This document shows, piece by piece, positions 39,127 through 52,414 of a DNA stretch of 64,000 bases; positions within the stretch are counted from its first letter, which is position 1; the number at the start of each line of letters is the position of its first letter. Under the pieces are notes generated by a model. The model did no database searches. It worked only from the letters and a program-made list of their open reading frames with translations, and was not told the DNA's origin. Position numbers and translations under genes: made by a program. The stretch comes from Octopus sinensis. Taxonomy: Eukaryota. Where the stretch lies: NCBI RefSeq assembly GCF_006345805.1, contig NC_043001.1:5766001-5830000 (forward strand), in the 5' to 3' direction.

Positions 39127-39170
<44 letters not shown>
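38914..39170. repeat. Compound trinucleotide microsatellite (CTA/TAA/CAA)
   Basis: Seen directly. Confidence 0.95.
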
Positions 39171-39519
39171 TATTTGATATCATTGTTCAGTAGTGATTTA
39201 TTTGCAATGTTGGGTTTCAGCCTGGTAGTACCCTGCTTAGAATAATGCCACGGCGTCGGCACTAACTCGTATCCGAGTATGGAATCTATAACGGGAGAGA
39301 GTGAGCTTCTCAACCTTCATAAGTGCGGGGGTTTCTAGCGCCTGAAGGGGATGCTCAGGCCGAGGGCTGTATTGAAGAGCCGGGGCCTTTTTCTCGCCAG
39401 CTAAGGTTGGCGGGGTTTGGGCAACTGCGAGTCGCTCGTTGAGTCTTCGGCATCTGATCTCTGCCGTTTCATGCCTGTTATTTGGGTCAATGGAACAGCG
39501 GAGAAGGGTGGCCTTCTAC

Positions 39520-39842
39520 TGGCTCAGTGGTAAGAGCACCAGACACGCAATCATGAGGTAGTGAGTTCAATTCCCGGACTGGACTGTATCGTGTTCTTCA
39601 GCAAATCACTTTATTTCACGTTTCACCAGTTCACTCTTCTCTAGAAATCAGTTCCGACGTCATCGGTGCCAGGCTGTATTGGCTTTTAGCCTTTCTCTTG
39701 GATAACATCGGTGGCGTGGAGAGGAGAAGCTGGTATGCATGGGTGACAGCTGGTCTTCCATAAACCACCATACCCGGACTTGTGTCGCGGAGGGGAACCT
39801 TGTAGGTACAATCGCATGATTATCATGACCGAAAGAGTTCTT
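39520..39842 (+). mobile_element. tRNA-derived SINE, body Y + tail D
   Basis: TGGCTCAGTGG A-box, GAGTTCAATTCC B-box, body ACTTTATTTCACGTT; tail homologous to the reverse complement of 47945-48140. Confidence 0.85.
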
Positions 39843-39959
39843 TATCCTCTTTTTATACATACAAACACACACACACATATCTATCAATCTATCTATCTAT
39901 ATATATGTCTATCTATCTATCTATCTATATACATATTTATCTATCTATATAGATTGATA

Positions 39960-40129
39960 ACCACTACACACATCTTTTCTCTCCTTGTTTCTCTCCTTTC
40001 TTTCTCTGTTCCCTTCTGTAGAAGAGCGCAGGCTCGTAAAATACTTTTCAATTCCCGAGCGTTATACTAATACATCTAATTATTTTCTACACCACCTGTC
40101 TTCGTCTTCTTTTTTTTTTCGTGAATTCC

Positions 40130-40132
<3 letters not shown>
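39960..40132 (+). mobile_element. Short repeat unit with hammerhead-like motif (GAAAC deleted); same family as 52205-52400
   Basis: TT-CTGTAGA-A-GAGC GCAG GCTC-GTAAAA…TTCCCGAGCGTTATACTAATACATCT…GTCTTCGTCTT. Confidence 0.7.
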
Positions 40133-40165
<33 letters not shown>

Positions 40166-40429
40166 AATTAACTCGATAGAAAATCTCCATAAGTAACTAA
40201 ACTAATGGTTATCGTCACGTAAACGTGGCTGTTCCGTAGAAGTGGATTTTCCCACCATTTTAACTCCCAAGAAGATGCATCGTCCAGCTGTTTATTTAAA
40301 GCTATTTGCACTCAATATATGAATGCTTCAAACAGGGTAATGAAAATACCGAAGTGGAATTTTCTCTCTTGAGGCATATTTTGTAAGTCCATAAATGTTG
40401 GCATACCGGCGGTGCGTCCTATTTTTGAA

Positions 40430-40666
40430 CAAAACACTGTATTTCCCCTTTGATCCAGTCCATTCAGCTGGAAAAAATGAGTTGTACCTGTATTTGAAAG
40501 GACCAGCCTTGTCACAGTCTGTGCTACGCTGAATCTCCCTGAAAACATTTTTAAGAGCACGAATGCGTGTGGATTGCTCATGCACTTGAAAAAGTCCGCT
40601 TCTCAAGTGGTCTGATCTTTTGACCAGATCAACTGGAACCCGTGACGCCGTAACTGCCGGAGTGCA
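40430..40666 (+). mobile_element. SINE fragment, body Y + tail C
   Basis: TCCAGTCCATTCAGCTGGAAAAAATGAGTTGTACCTGTATTT…CGCTGAATCTCCCTGA…TCAACTGGAACCC, homologous to 49450-49635. Confidence 0.75.
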
Positions 40667-41268
40667 AGTTTCTAGCGGCTAAGATTTGCCGAATCACAAC
40701 TGTTTCTGGAAAACCAAGTATTACAAGCGAATAGACTCAGAATAATAACTATTAATAACACAAAATTACATTCCATTCTCTTATATTTATAGAAAGTTTA
40801 AAAAGTGATCTGTGTGTGACTCTGTGTGTGTGTGTCTTTCTGTGTGTCAATGCTTATATATATGCGTATATAATTATATATACACGTTTGTATATACAAT
40901 GGTGTTATTTCACCTTAGGACTGGTGAAATATGTATTGAGTTACCTTCAAATATTCTATGGCGAAGAGTTTCAGTTCAAATCGAAAGTAAATATGATTCA
41001 TTTAATATTGTTAAAGTCATTATATACGAAAAAAGAATCTATTAAAACACACGGATTTCTGAAGGCGGATATTGAAAATGTTAGTTTCTATTGATTTCGA
41101 GGAAAGCACAAAAAGAAAAGAAGAGGGGGATATTTGAGGTGACTTCCTTAAAGGGCCGCAATGAATGTGACGTTGATGACAAACAACGACTCTCAGGAAA
41201 CAGATCATACTTATACATATGTATACATACATATGTATACATACATATGTACATATACATACATATAC

Positions 41269-41313
<45 letters not shown>

Positions 41314-41325
41314 ATATATATATGA

Positions 41326-41358
<33 letters not shown>

Positions 41359-41801
41359 CATGCATTCATACATGCATCCATATATATACATATATATAGA
41401 GATAAATAGACAGTTAGATAGATATGTTATATATATATATATATATATACGTATGTATATATTGATATTGTGAGATGAATGGAAAGATATGATGCTGCCG
41501 AAGCAACCATGCAGATATGCCTTCCTGAAGCCGCAAGCTACTGACAGAGAAATATTAGAATATTATTATATTATATTCTGATCAAAAAACCTACAATCCA
41601 AACAACTGTTTGTTGGCAAAGGACAGCACTCTTGTAAACCATTCCATTTCATTATTCCTACTGCGTATCATTCATAAGATATGAATAATTCTCGTGCTGA
41701 AAGAATTGCAACGTATGACATATGCTTAAGGCAATATGCAAATAGACATTTCTATGTATACGTATACACACATGCACAGATATTCAGAAACACACACACA
41801 C

Positions 41802-41837
<36 letters not shown>

Positions 41838-42041
41838 TATATATTTATATATGCACATATATATGTGTGTGTGTGTACATATATATATATAGAGAGAGAG
41901 GGGGAGTGAGAGAAACAGATAGGGGTATATGTATGTATTATGGATATTAAATTGAAGAAAATAAGAAAATAAGAATGCGAAGAATCTCTAATTGAATTCA
42001 TATATATACCAATTTTCACATTATATTAACGTACATGTGTA

Positions 42042-42076
<35 letters not shown>

Positions 42077-42482
42077 ATGCACATAATATGCACAAATATA
42101 TGTGTGTGTGTTTGTTGTTTTTCTTTAATGTGCTCGTACATCTATTGGAGCATAAACTCTCACCTATTGAAAAGTGCACACATGCTCTATCAGTTGCCAT
42201 ACACACATAGATATAACTTTATGTATACAAATATAATTCAGAGAAAAATCAACTTCAATGGATTACACTCTAACAAACGAATATTTGGAAAAGTATTTAA
42301 TAACTCTGTTTAATTGCTCCGAGTCAACTTGGCACTATTCTCTCTTTATACAATAATCAAACTGAAGATGAAAGAGAAAAAAATATATTTTCAAACAAGT
42401 AGGAACTCTTCAAATGTTTCTATTCAGTATTCTTATTTGAATTATGCTTATTACTAACTGAAAAAAAACACAAGTCTGGTTC

Positions 42483-42781
42483 TACGTTGGTTATGACGAA
42501 GAATGCTCCAGTTGAAACGAACCAAGGAACAACCTGCTCGTGAAATTAATACATAAAGTTATCAACAGTCCTCTGTCATGCATTATCCTTAATGTAGGTC
42601 TCAGGGAGATTCAGCGTGACAGATTGTGACATGGCTGACTTTTGAATTACTGGTACTAATAATTTTTGCCAGTTGAGTGTACTGGAGCTACGTGAAATAA
42701 AATGCCTTACTCAAAGAAACAATGCGCTGCCGTGTATTGAACTTGCAGCCTTACGATCGAGAGTGGAATACCCGAACCACT
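42483..42781 (-). mobile_element. Old SINE, body Y + tail C
   Basis: Reverse complement of tail C (CTGCTCGTGAAATTAA, GGGAGATTCAGCGTGACA) and body Y (CGTGAAATAAA). Confidence 0.75.
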
Positions 42782-43721
42782 TGACATAATATTTTGAATT
42801 TTAAGCATTATACTTCGAGTTCTCGATATTTTGCATTTCGAAGTTGCGCAGCAAATTATTCATTTTAATATTTATATCGCTCAGGCTTTAAATCTATTGA
42901 CGCTCAAATCAAATAAGTTAATCTATGCTTTATTATAATCGATCTGGTAAATTTAGCAGTAGTAATCGATACACAGCAATATTTGGGAGCAGTTGAAAGT
43001 GGCTTCTTGTAATAAGAAATCTCGCAATCAGTGACAAAAGAGTGTATCTTTTCTAATGCAGTTTTACCTAATCTTTTACATTTCCTATTCTTTTATTTGT
43101 TTCGGTCATTGTAATACGGCTTTGCTGGGGCAACCTCTTCGGTAATTTTTGCCGAAGTAATCGACCCTAGTAACAACAGATTTATTTGTATATTTTCCGA
43201 CAAGTTATGAAGATTTTATTATATTACTGGAAGGTTCTCATGTATAGCTGATATTTCCCAAGTAGGTATTTTGTTTATAATTAAGCAACGTCGCTCGCGC
43301 TATTCTATATTCTAACACACATATGCACAAGAATACAACTGCACACACAGGCTACACACATAATTATTGTCCCTGATCTTTGAGGAAGCAGTTTTATCAC
43401 TATAAAACTTACACCAGTCATCTACCGAAAGAAGAATATGATATCAAGGGACTAAGTTGTCCATCAGAAGTTGTTTGCAAGGGATCAAATTCTATTTTAA
43501 GTAAAAAAAATTTTCAATATTTATATAAAATGAATTCAACAACTACACTAACATTACTAGTATGTTTATCCATAACTATTTTTATTGTTGTTATTTTTGT
43601 TGATGTTGAGGATGATTATGATGGTCATAGTGATGTTGCTGCTGTTATTGTTGTTGTTATTCATTCTATTACTGTTAGGATATATAACTTTTATATATTT
43701 TCAATATTATTATTACACGTA

Positions 43722-44150
43722 AGGCGGCGGGTTGGCAGAGTCGTCATCTCACCGATCAAAATACTTAGCATCAATTAATCCCTCTTTACGTTTTAAGTTC
43801 AAAATGCCACCAAGGCGGGCTTTGCCTTTTATCCTTTCAAGGTCGATAAAATAAGTACCTGTTAAACACTGGAGTCGATCTGATCAACTTACCCACTCCC
43901 CCGACATCTCCGGCCTTGTCCCAAAAATCTAAAACCCATTTAATTATTAAAAGAAGTCAGTGAGCTGGCGGAGTCGCTATGACACGAGTCATATTGTTTA
44001 GCATCATTTTCCAAATCTTTTTGTTGCGAGTTCAAATTCTACTGACAGCAACTTTTCCTTTTATGTTTTCAAGGTCAACAAAATAAGCACCAGTCGTGAA
44101 CCATTACTCACTTCTCGAAATTATCTGCCTTGTGTCTGTAGAAGGAAAGA
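43722..44150 (+). mobile_element. Two tandem old SINEs, Meta-like core family
   Basis: Two head+core units, at 43722-43940 and 43960-44150. Confidence 0.75.
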
Positions 44151-47100
44151 TTATTAATATTTTTCGTGTTGATGTCATTGTTGTTATATTTTTTATTCTT
44201 TGTATCAATCTTTACACGGTATTATTATCATAAATATAGTTTTTTTTTATTCCTCTCCTTTTATACTCGACATCCTATCACTTTTCATTGAATTATAAGA
44301 CAAAACTGATCATATTGGAAATATTTTAATTTGTCTGTCTTTAAATCGTTTCGCCTCATTTTCAATCCCACTGATCTCATACATGTCACGTTACTATACA
44401 CTCGATTCCGTGATTCGTCCCCTAATTTGTGCGGAATACACTGAACTTGTAGATTCAATTGTAACTTGTAGATTAACACAAGCAACGGCAGATTTCATGG
44501 TCAACACCAATTTAAAGCGGGTACATTTTTGTAGTTTTACTATAAAATAATAACAATAATTTGTATCTAACAAAAACTACATAAATCTGAATGACAAATA
44601 GAACCAATTTAATACACTCGTGTGGTAAAAATCTCTCCAAATGCTACCCTGATGTATTTCACTGAGTTATTTCAAAACTTAACTGCATTATCATTTTCTT
44701 TCTGTAAAATTTATTCTCTCAGCTTTTGTTGATTTTTATTGATCTGTCTCAAATAACTAAAGACTATTCCACTATAACTGCTTCCGTTGTCACTGTTGCA
44801 TGTTTTTATATCTGTATCTTTATGATTGCTTCGATACTCATGGCTGTTACTCTTGTTTAATCGTTATTATTTTCCATTCATTCAGATTCAAGTTTTGAAT
44901 TCTTCTATTCAATAATGCAAACAACTATTTCGCTGTATGGAAGTGTGGGTATCTCTCTGCCATAATAAATTTATACAATAAAAAAAAGCAAGAAATCCAA
45001 TGTAAATCAGCTCTATTAATTTAGCCTTCCCGCTTTATTTTCAGCTTTCTTCTGTTTTTTTTTTCGTCCCTACCCCAACCCCCTTCAAATGCTTTCAATC
45101 TTAATTGCACAGGAAATTGAAATTCTGTTGAATGAAAGACATTTGACAAATAATAATGCAAGGCGAGTGACTATATTAAACTGCGCCTTCGAGGAAATTC
45201 TCATATTTTTTATTATTGTAAAAACGCGTTTTAAGCATCTTGAGAGAATATAAAAAGAAAATTAGCGTGTTTAAAGATAATATTTTTAGATTCTCATGCG
45301 AATGGTTTTAGACAATTGTATCTGTATGGAAAATATGCATAGAAAATTGTAAAGCATTTGTTTGAGTGTATATAGCAAATGGATCATAGTGGTCTTGTAA
45401 ATTTGATGAAGAATTCTCTTCTTTTGAAGTATTTTCCCCATTAATGTTCCTCCTCATCGTTATTGATATTCTTGTGTAAAGGTATTTTTTTTGCTATACG
45501 ATTTCTCTTCCTATATTCTATCCTATCACGACACATCGTCGCACCCTCATTTTCATATATTACATCTCTCATTTTCCAGCATAGCGTTTATCTTATCCAA
45601 ACACTCTTCGCTAATTTCTTTCACTTTTCTCTCCCTGGACCTCTCCCTCTCTTCTCTTTCTCGATATTTCTTTGCATTGCTATCAATCTATCACATTTCG
45701 TTTTTCTGCGTAAACAAGTGTGTGTGTGTGTGTGTGTTCTCATAAAGATATACAAGCTAATCCCACCGTTCGCAGTTTCGAAAGAACTCAAAATTTCATT
45801 TTAAGTAGCGCTAAAGAAGGCGCATTACCTACGGCATACCACCATCTCTGCGACATATCCGTGATTTCTCTTTCTTCTTCTCCCAAGCTTTGTTTACACA
45901 GCCGAGAGAAGTTGCCTTTGCGAAGACCAATTCTTCCCACCACATTCGTTTTGGGTTATAGAAATTTCAATAAGTAATCCGCAAATGTTAATCATATAAA
46001 AATCTGCCACCTGTGCACGGATGGGATTTATTGTTAGTAAAAAAAGGAATCCCGTGAAGAGCGCTGATAAGGACAATTATTATTTGTCAAAATGTGAGTT
46101 GAAGAGATATATTTTGTAAAGGAATGGGTAAATACTGGAGAATCAGCTGTTACTATATTCCAATCAGATGAAGAGTGCCAACTACTTAAATGGCAAGAGA
46201 CAAATAACGAAGTGCGCCAACCGCCGCAATAAAAATGCAATCAATATGCATTCGTGTCCTCTCTCCCGTTGTTTATACTACTGGAACCTGGGAAAATGTT
46301 CCTAGAAACTACAGATTTGATATATTTTCTCGTATTTATTTGAAAAAATTTCCAAGTATTAAAAGTAGTGTTAAAATCGATCGTCACAATGCTTTGCAAA
46401 ATTCACGAGGTTGCCCACTGTTCAGAGCATCACTTGAATATTAGCAAACATTATATTGAAAACTTGTTAATGTTAAAATCTAATTCGACAGACTTAAATC
46501 TGCTCCTGTAAGGTTTACAAAACATGCATATCATCGGTGGTTAAAAATACTAAATCACTGGAAACACTCTTTGTCAAACAAGAGTGTATGGCGCATATGA
46601 ATTCCAAATGGTTTTAAGTGGCGAGACACATCACAGAGGAACATCTAGTTATGCTTATACCGTATTAAGCAGCATTATGGGTAAATTATGCACGCTATTA
46701 AAATAATACTTGTAACTACAGTTCCCTTTTTTTATTTTGCCCATGCCTCTTATATAAAGGAGATATGACTGTCCTGCTCTAACCTAGACTGCTGTTAAGC
46801 GTTACCCACTTTTCTTATGGAGCGGTCGGTTCAGATTATCTGAAAATCTAAACATGCCAGATGACCTTACGATATTTCTCACGACAACAATTCCGAAAAC
46901 AAATTTATCAACATAAGGAGGTCCTTTTTTTCACTTCTTCAGTGTATATCCAACACGCTTATATAAATATATCATGAAGAATCAGAGATATACTTCTGTA
47001 ACTTACGTAAGTACAGTTTCAATTCAGATCCCAAAAATTAGTTTTATATAGCGCTTTATTGAATGCTGAGACATCACATAGCATTCTGAATTGGATGGTC

Positions 47101-47944
47101 GTGTATTTACGACCCCCCCCCACTACGATACCAAGAAAAAGATAAACTATGGACATTATGAAATGAGAAATATCTTAAGGCTGCACTTTGTAGCAAATAG
47201 GCAATTACGAGAAAAGCCTCTTACGAATACGGATTAATAAATATATTTGACGAATGAAATAAAGATAATTACGTAAAGATTATGAGTATATAACCAAACA
47301 TATGAAAAAAAAATTAGGGCAACATGATTTTGGATCAACGGGTTAAGATATCTGTATGGGATTATGCGTTGAGATATGTTGAGTTCTCCAAATAGTATTA
47401 AAAACATGTAATATGATTCCCGGGGAGTTGATCTACACCTTTCGATTTGTTGAAAACGAATATATATATATATGTTCTATAAAAGAAATTCGTTTTCTTA
47501 ATTTTATTGATGCAGTCTGTAATCATATGAGGCTACTTCAAAGTTTTCTTCTTTAAACAGACTTTATTTCAAAGAACAAAGAAAATAATTTTTTTTGTGT
47601 TACAGCTGTTGCCTTTATACACAGACACACAGACAAACACGCGCCAACACACGGGCACACACTCACACATACACACACACACATATATAGTAGTGACATA
47701 TGTATGTTTAGAACTAAAATTGTATTCATATAAAATCAGAATGTGTCTTCTTAACAAAGCCTTAACAAGAAGACATTGCGGTTTCAAAGAGTGGCCCATT
47801 CTACCATGATCCTTGGTTGGTATGTATATGCGTGTGTGCAAGTGTGTGAATATGTAAGAATATATACATGCATAAATATATGTGTGTATTCAGAAACAGA
47901 GTGAGAGATAGAGAGACAGAAGAAGAATCATGCACCACGACTCA

Positions 47945-48250
47945 AGGAGGAGGAGGCCACTTCGGTCACGAATGACTATGGAATTGCACCTAGAAAGTTA
48001 CCCTCCGAGCCACAAGTCTGTGCAAGGTTGTTTGTGGAAGACCAGCAGTCGCCCCTGTGCATACCAGCCTTTTCTCTCCACAGCACTGATGTTATCCATA
48101 GGAAAGGCAAAGGGTCTGATACAGATTGGCACCAGTGATGTCACAACTCATTTCTACAGCTGAGTGAACTTGAGCAACGTGAAATAAAGTATCTTGCTCA
48201 AGAATACAACACGCAGCCCGGTCTGGGAATCGAATTGTCAACCTCACGAC
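47945..48250 (-). mobile_element. SINE, body Y + tail D
   Basis: Reverse complement of 39560-39840 (GAAGACCAGCAGTCGCCC, CAACGTGAAATAAAGT). Confidence 0.85.
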
Positions 48251-49256
48251 GCAAACACTCGCATATATGGCTATATGTTTAATAGGTTAATGTTACAAGC
48301 AGGCAAACGACTTTTGTCAGATCAGATTATGCCATTTATATATATTTCTACGTTGATGTAACTCGAGGATAGGAATGGATATTACGGAGTTTAAATCATT
48401 AAAAAAAACCTCAATTGAATGGCATAATGATTGTGTTACACGCTAGTATTTTCAGAAAAATTTAGAAGGGGAGTCCATATTATTGATATTAGATAAAAGG
48501 TTAAGTCTGTTCATCGAACGCAGGACTCAAAGTTGTATGAGAAGAAGTAAGCAGCTCTTTCAAAAATAGATGTCTAATTGGTATTATTCGCTGCAAGCAA
48601 TGCGCAGTCAACAATTTTGTGGCAGTATAACCTTCAGTTTTCAAATACTGGGCCCTTAACTCAACATCTGTCACTCGTCTACATTTTGCGCCAGTTATGT
48701 GGATATCATCGTCATATCAAGATCGTTTCCTGGTGCAGCTGAGAAAATATTCATTTGAATAATATTGCTGAGCATAAAGAAATTTGAAGTGGATCATTCC
48801 AATAACATCGGGTTCTTATCTATTGTTATTTTTGAACAAAAAACATCACACAAAACGGAACCACCTCCACAACTTTTTACCGAAAAGTGATATTCAGAGA
48901 ACTATTCGTGTATTGTTATTCATCCCTGCTCAACAGAGCTATGACGGCCTGCATTAGAAATGCGATTCCGTAATTAAGCAGTGACAAAGCAAGAATCAGA
49001 ACAAGAACACCATAAAATTCAAAAAGACCCTGATAGATAATGGATATCTAGAAATTTTCGCTTGAGTCCAGGGCATTACCAAGCTTCCTAACAAAATCCA
49101 CGCAACCCAACATAGTTTGTGGTTGTTGAAACTACCAGTTCTTAATTAAAAAATAAAGCTGCAATCCACAGTGCCATGTGAAGTAAGAGTCTTTTTTAAG
49201 ATATAGGTCTGTCACACCCCGGACCTTCACTGAGGTAAATCAAAATTCAAAGCAGT

Positions 49257-49640
49257 GGAGGCGCAATTTCCCAGTGGTTAGGACAGTGGACTCGCGGTCA
49301 TAGGATCGCGGTTTAGATTCCCAGACCGGGCGTTGTGAGTGTTTATTGAGCGAAAACACCTAAAGCTCCACGAGGCTCCGGCAGGGGATGGTGGTGATCC
49401 CTGCTGTACTTTTCACCACAACTTTCTCTCACTCTTACTTCCTGTTTCCGTTGTACCTGTATTTCAAAGGGCCGGCCTTGTCACTCTCTGTGTCACGCTG
49501 AATATCCCCGAGAACTACGTTAAGGGTACACGTGTCTGTGGAGTGCTCGGCCCCTTACACGTTAATTTCACGAGCAGGCTGTTCCTTTGATTGGGATCAA
49601 CCGGAACCCTCGTCGTCGTAACCGACGGAATGCTTCCATC
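49257..49640 (+). mobile_element. tRNA-derived SINE, body X + tail C
   Basis: GGAGGCGCAAT..CCCAGTGGTTAGG head; 11-bp TSD AATTCAAAGCA at 49244-49254 and 49643-49653. Confidence 0.9.
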
Positions 49641-52204
49641 CCAATTCAAAGCAAATCGCGGCACACTGTCCAAGTGATGGAACGGAAATGAAAACAAGAT
49701 TTTGCGTTGCTTTGTAGTGTATAAGTTCATGTTTAGCAAAGGCAAGGGAATCTGATTTGGAAGTACTATCAAATTTAAAGCAAACCTCCATGCAAAAGAT
49801 TCATTCGACAAAAGACATCTAGAAAAATGCCTCACACAAGACATCCAGACCGCCATTGAAGCTAAACGAAAGAAAATATAAGGAACTTGAGAACAAAGAT
49901 GCTCTTTTATTTAAGAAATACACACAAGTTCTTAATGATAGATGCCAGAGGCACGCGGCAGATTGGTTGCCCCAGCAACGAATATCGACCCTACATCCAC
50001 ACATATTACAAGAGAGAGCTGTCAACTATAGCAACTTTTCTCCAAATATTTCCTGAGGTAGGCGTCACAATCCTCAAATACTGAAATCTCACGTAAAACT
50101 ATATACATAATATATTTTTTATAACCTTCATTATTTGAGTAATAATATATATGTGCGTATATATAATTGTTCGTGCTTGTGTGTGTGCGTGTGTGTGTGT
50201 TTGCGTGTGTGTGCATGTGTGTTTGTGTGTCTATGTATATAGATATGACACTACTTGTCTTAAATATTAGCAAATTAAATACAAGGAAATTTCATTAAGT
50301 GCGTTCTTGATTAAAAGTAAAACATTCCGTCTCTTGTTCCTGGCTTACATATCGCCATTGATAGAAAATATAACATGTTCATCTGCTATCTCTTAGTTGT
50401 TAGACGTCTTCAAATTAAACACTTTTCGATAAGCATTCGTACGCATCTCCCATGTTATCCTTCAACTACTACTTTTAAGGAAACACAGTTTTCATTTCAC
50501 AGAAAAAAAATTCTCAAATATTTATCTTAGTATTCGAATCTCTTAGATGGTCTACGAAAGACCCGGTAACATTCCTGTATATGCCACATACCTGTATTGT
50601 TGTTTACGTTACCCTCCTATTTACAGAAAATTAGCACAAATCAAACATAAGAATTTTACAATTTAACAATTTTCGTGTCTTCCTACCTCCTCAGATATTT
50701 ACTTGCTTGTGAGACGCAACTAAATTCATAAAATATAAAAATTTTATTTTGATAAAAAAATATAATTATCAAAGGCAATTCAAACTCAAAATAATATTTT
50801 GGAGTTCTGGAAGGAATATTTATTCTCAATTTCACTTAAAAGGAAAAAAAAAGAGAAACGTTGATATATTTCGAGTAAAGCAACGTTTTTCTTCCATTCT
50901 TCAAAGTAGTAGCAACGGTTTCTTGAATATTTCTATAGAGCTTCAATAGGTTTTGGTTATATATTCTTTTATATTGTCCTATATTGAATGAGTGAGAGAA
51001 TGGCAGAGTATTTTTAAAAATTCAATTACAGCCATTTTCACAGAAATCAACTGAAAGAATTAATTGTACAACATGATTCCAAGAATTATCTCTGACGTTT
51101 GGAGGTTTTCTATTCCGCTGAATAGAAATTTCATTGTTTGATGCTTACAAAACATTACACGGGTTTCCCTATGAATATCGGTTTTACTAACATCAGAATT
51201 GTAAGAAAGTAATCAAAAACGCGTGTTTATTGTACAACGTTCGTTTTCATTTAAAGATAAATTAAACTCCAGGGGCGTTAAAGGATTAGCAATGGTCACA
51301 GTATGCGACAGTTATCAATAAATCTGATGTAATGAATCTACACAGGAGCTTATGTAGTTTCTCATTTCATCGAACGAATGAAGATGGATCTTAGTGAAAT
51401 ACACTTATTAACAACTCAGAAAAGCAATTCGCTGCTTTCATTGTCTTCTTATGAAGCGACACCTAACAGGGAAAGACTAAACTTAATTGTGCGAATTTTA
51501 TTGAGAATCATTTCTTTTCATTATTTCATTAAAATTTGGTGGAGCACTTCCTCCCCCCTTCCAAAAAAAAGGGGTTTTTAAGAAATAGAAACGAAACACA
51601 TCAGGTATAACTTCAAATCAATACATACGGAAAAAGTCTATCTAAAATTAATCTAAGCACTAATATATTAGAAATATACTAAGTCGACTGAATCTGAATT
51701 TAATCCGTTTACAGATATGTTCAGTTTTAATCATATTCTGTGCGATATCGCATATTAAGATTCTATTTGGGAAATATTTTAAACTAATCCACACAGTAAT
51801 GGTAATCGAAAATATATATTTTCATCTATATCTGATGCTTCGTTTTCCTAAGAATTAGCAAATAATGAAAACATCATCGCAATTCATTTTACCATTTAAC
51901 ATATAACCCTTTACATAGTTGCAAGTAACCGGATACATTCAATTTCAATTACAGATACTTTGTGGATAAAGTACGATACAATACATGATATAATTACTGT
52001 AAACGAAACGTAGAATTCTTGTTATCCACTGAAAATTTTAATATGTGAAGAATGATTAAACTATGATTGGAAGGCACGTGCAAGTGATTATAGCAATTTT
52101 ACTGTTAAATATTTCATATCTATGTGAGAAAATAACCGTCAAATAGAGCGTGAAGATTGATCGATATCCTGTTTCTCTGTCTGTCTCTCTCTCTCTCAAT
52201 CTTT

Positions 52205-52400
52205 ATATATATATATATGATAGATCGCTAGCCTCTAAACATTTTTTTAAAATTTTCTCTCCTTGTTTATTTCTGTGTTCTTTTCTGTCGAAGCGCGTAT
52301 ACTCGAAACGTAAAGGTATTTCTTTCTTCCCGAACGTTAAACTAATACATCTGTTTACATATCAGTCTTCGTCTTTTGTTCTTTCGTAAATTCTCACTAT
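52205..52400 (+). mobile_element. Short repeat unit containing a variant hammerhead motif (52281-52316)
   Basis: TTTT-CTGTCGA-A-GCGC GTAT ACTC-GAA-ACGT-A-AAGG; homologous to 39960-40132, where stem II is the perfect GAGC/GCTC. Confidence 0.7.
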
Positions 52401-52414
52401 ACACACACATACAA

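Noticed and set aside
49650-50090. Peptide resembling an RLE KxxKY motif (IEAKRKK/YKEL)
   Set aside because: Too short, and no PD..D or CCHC motif seen nearby.
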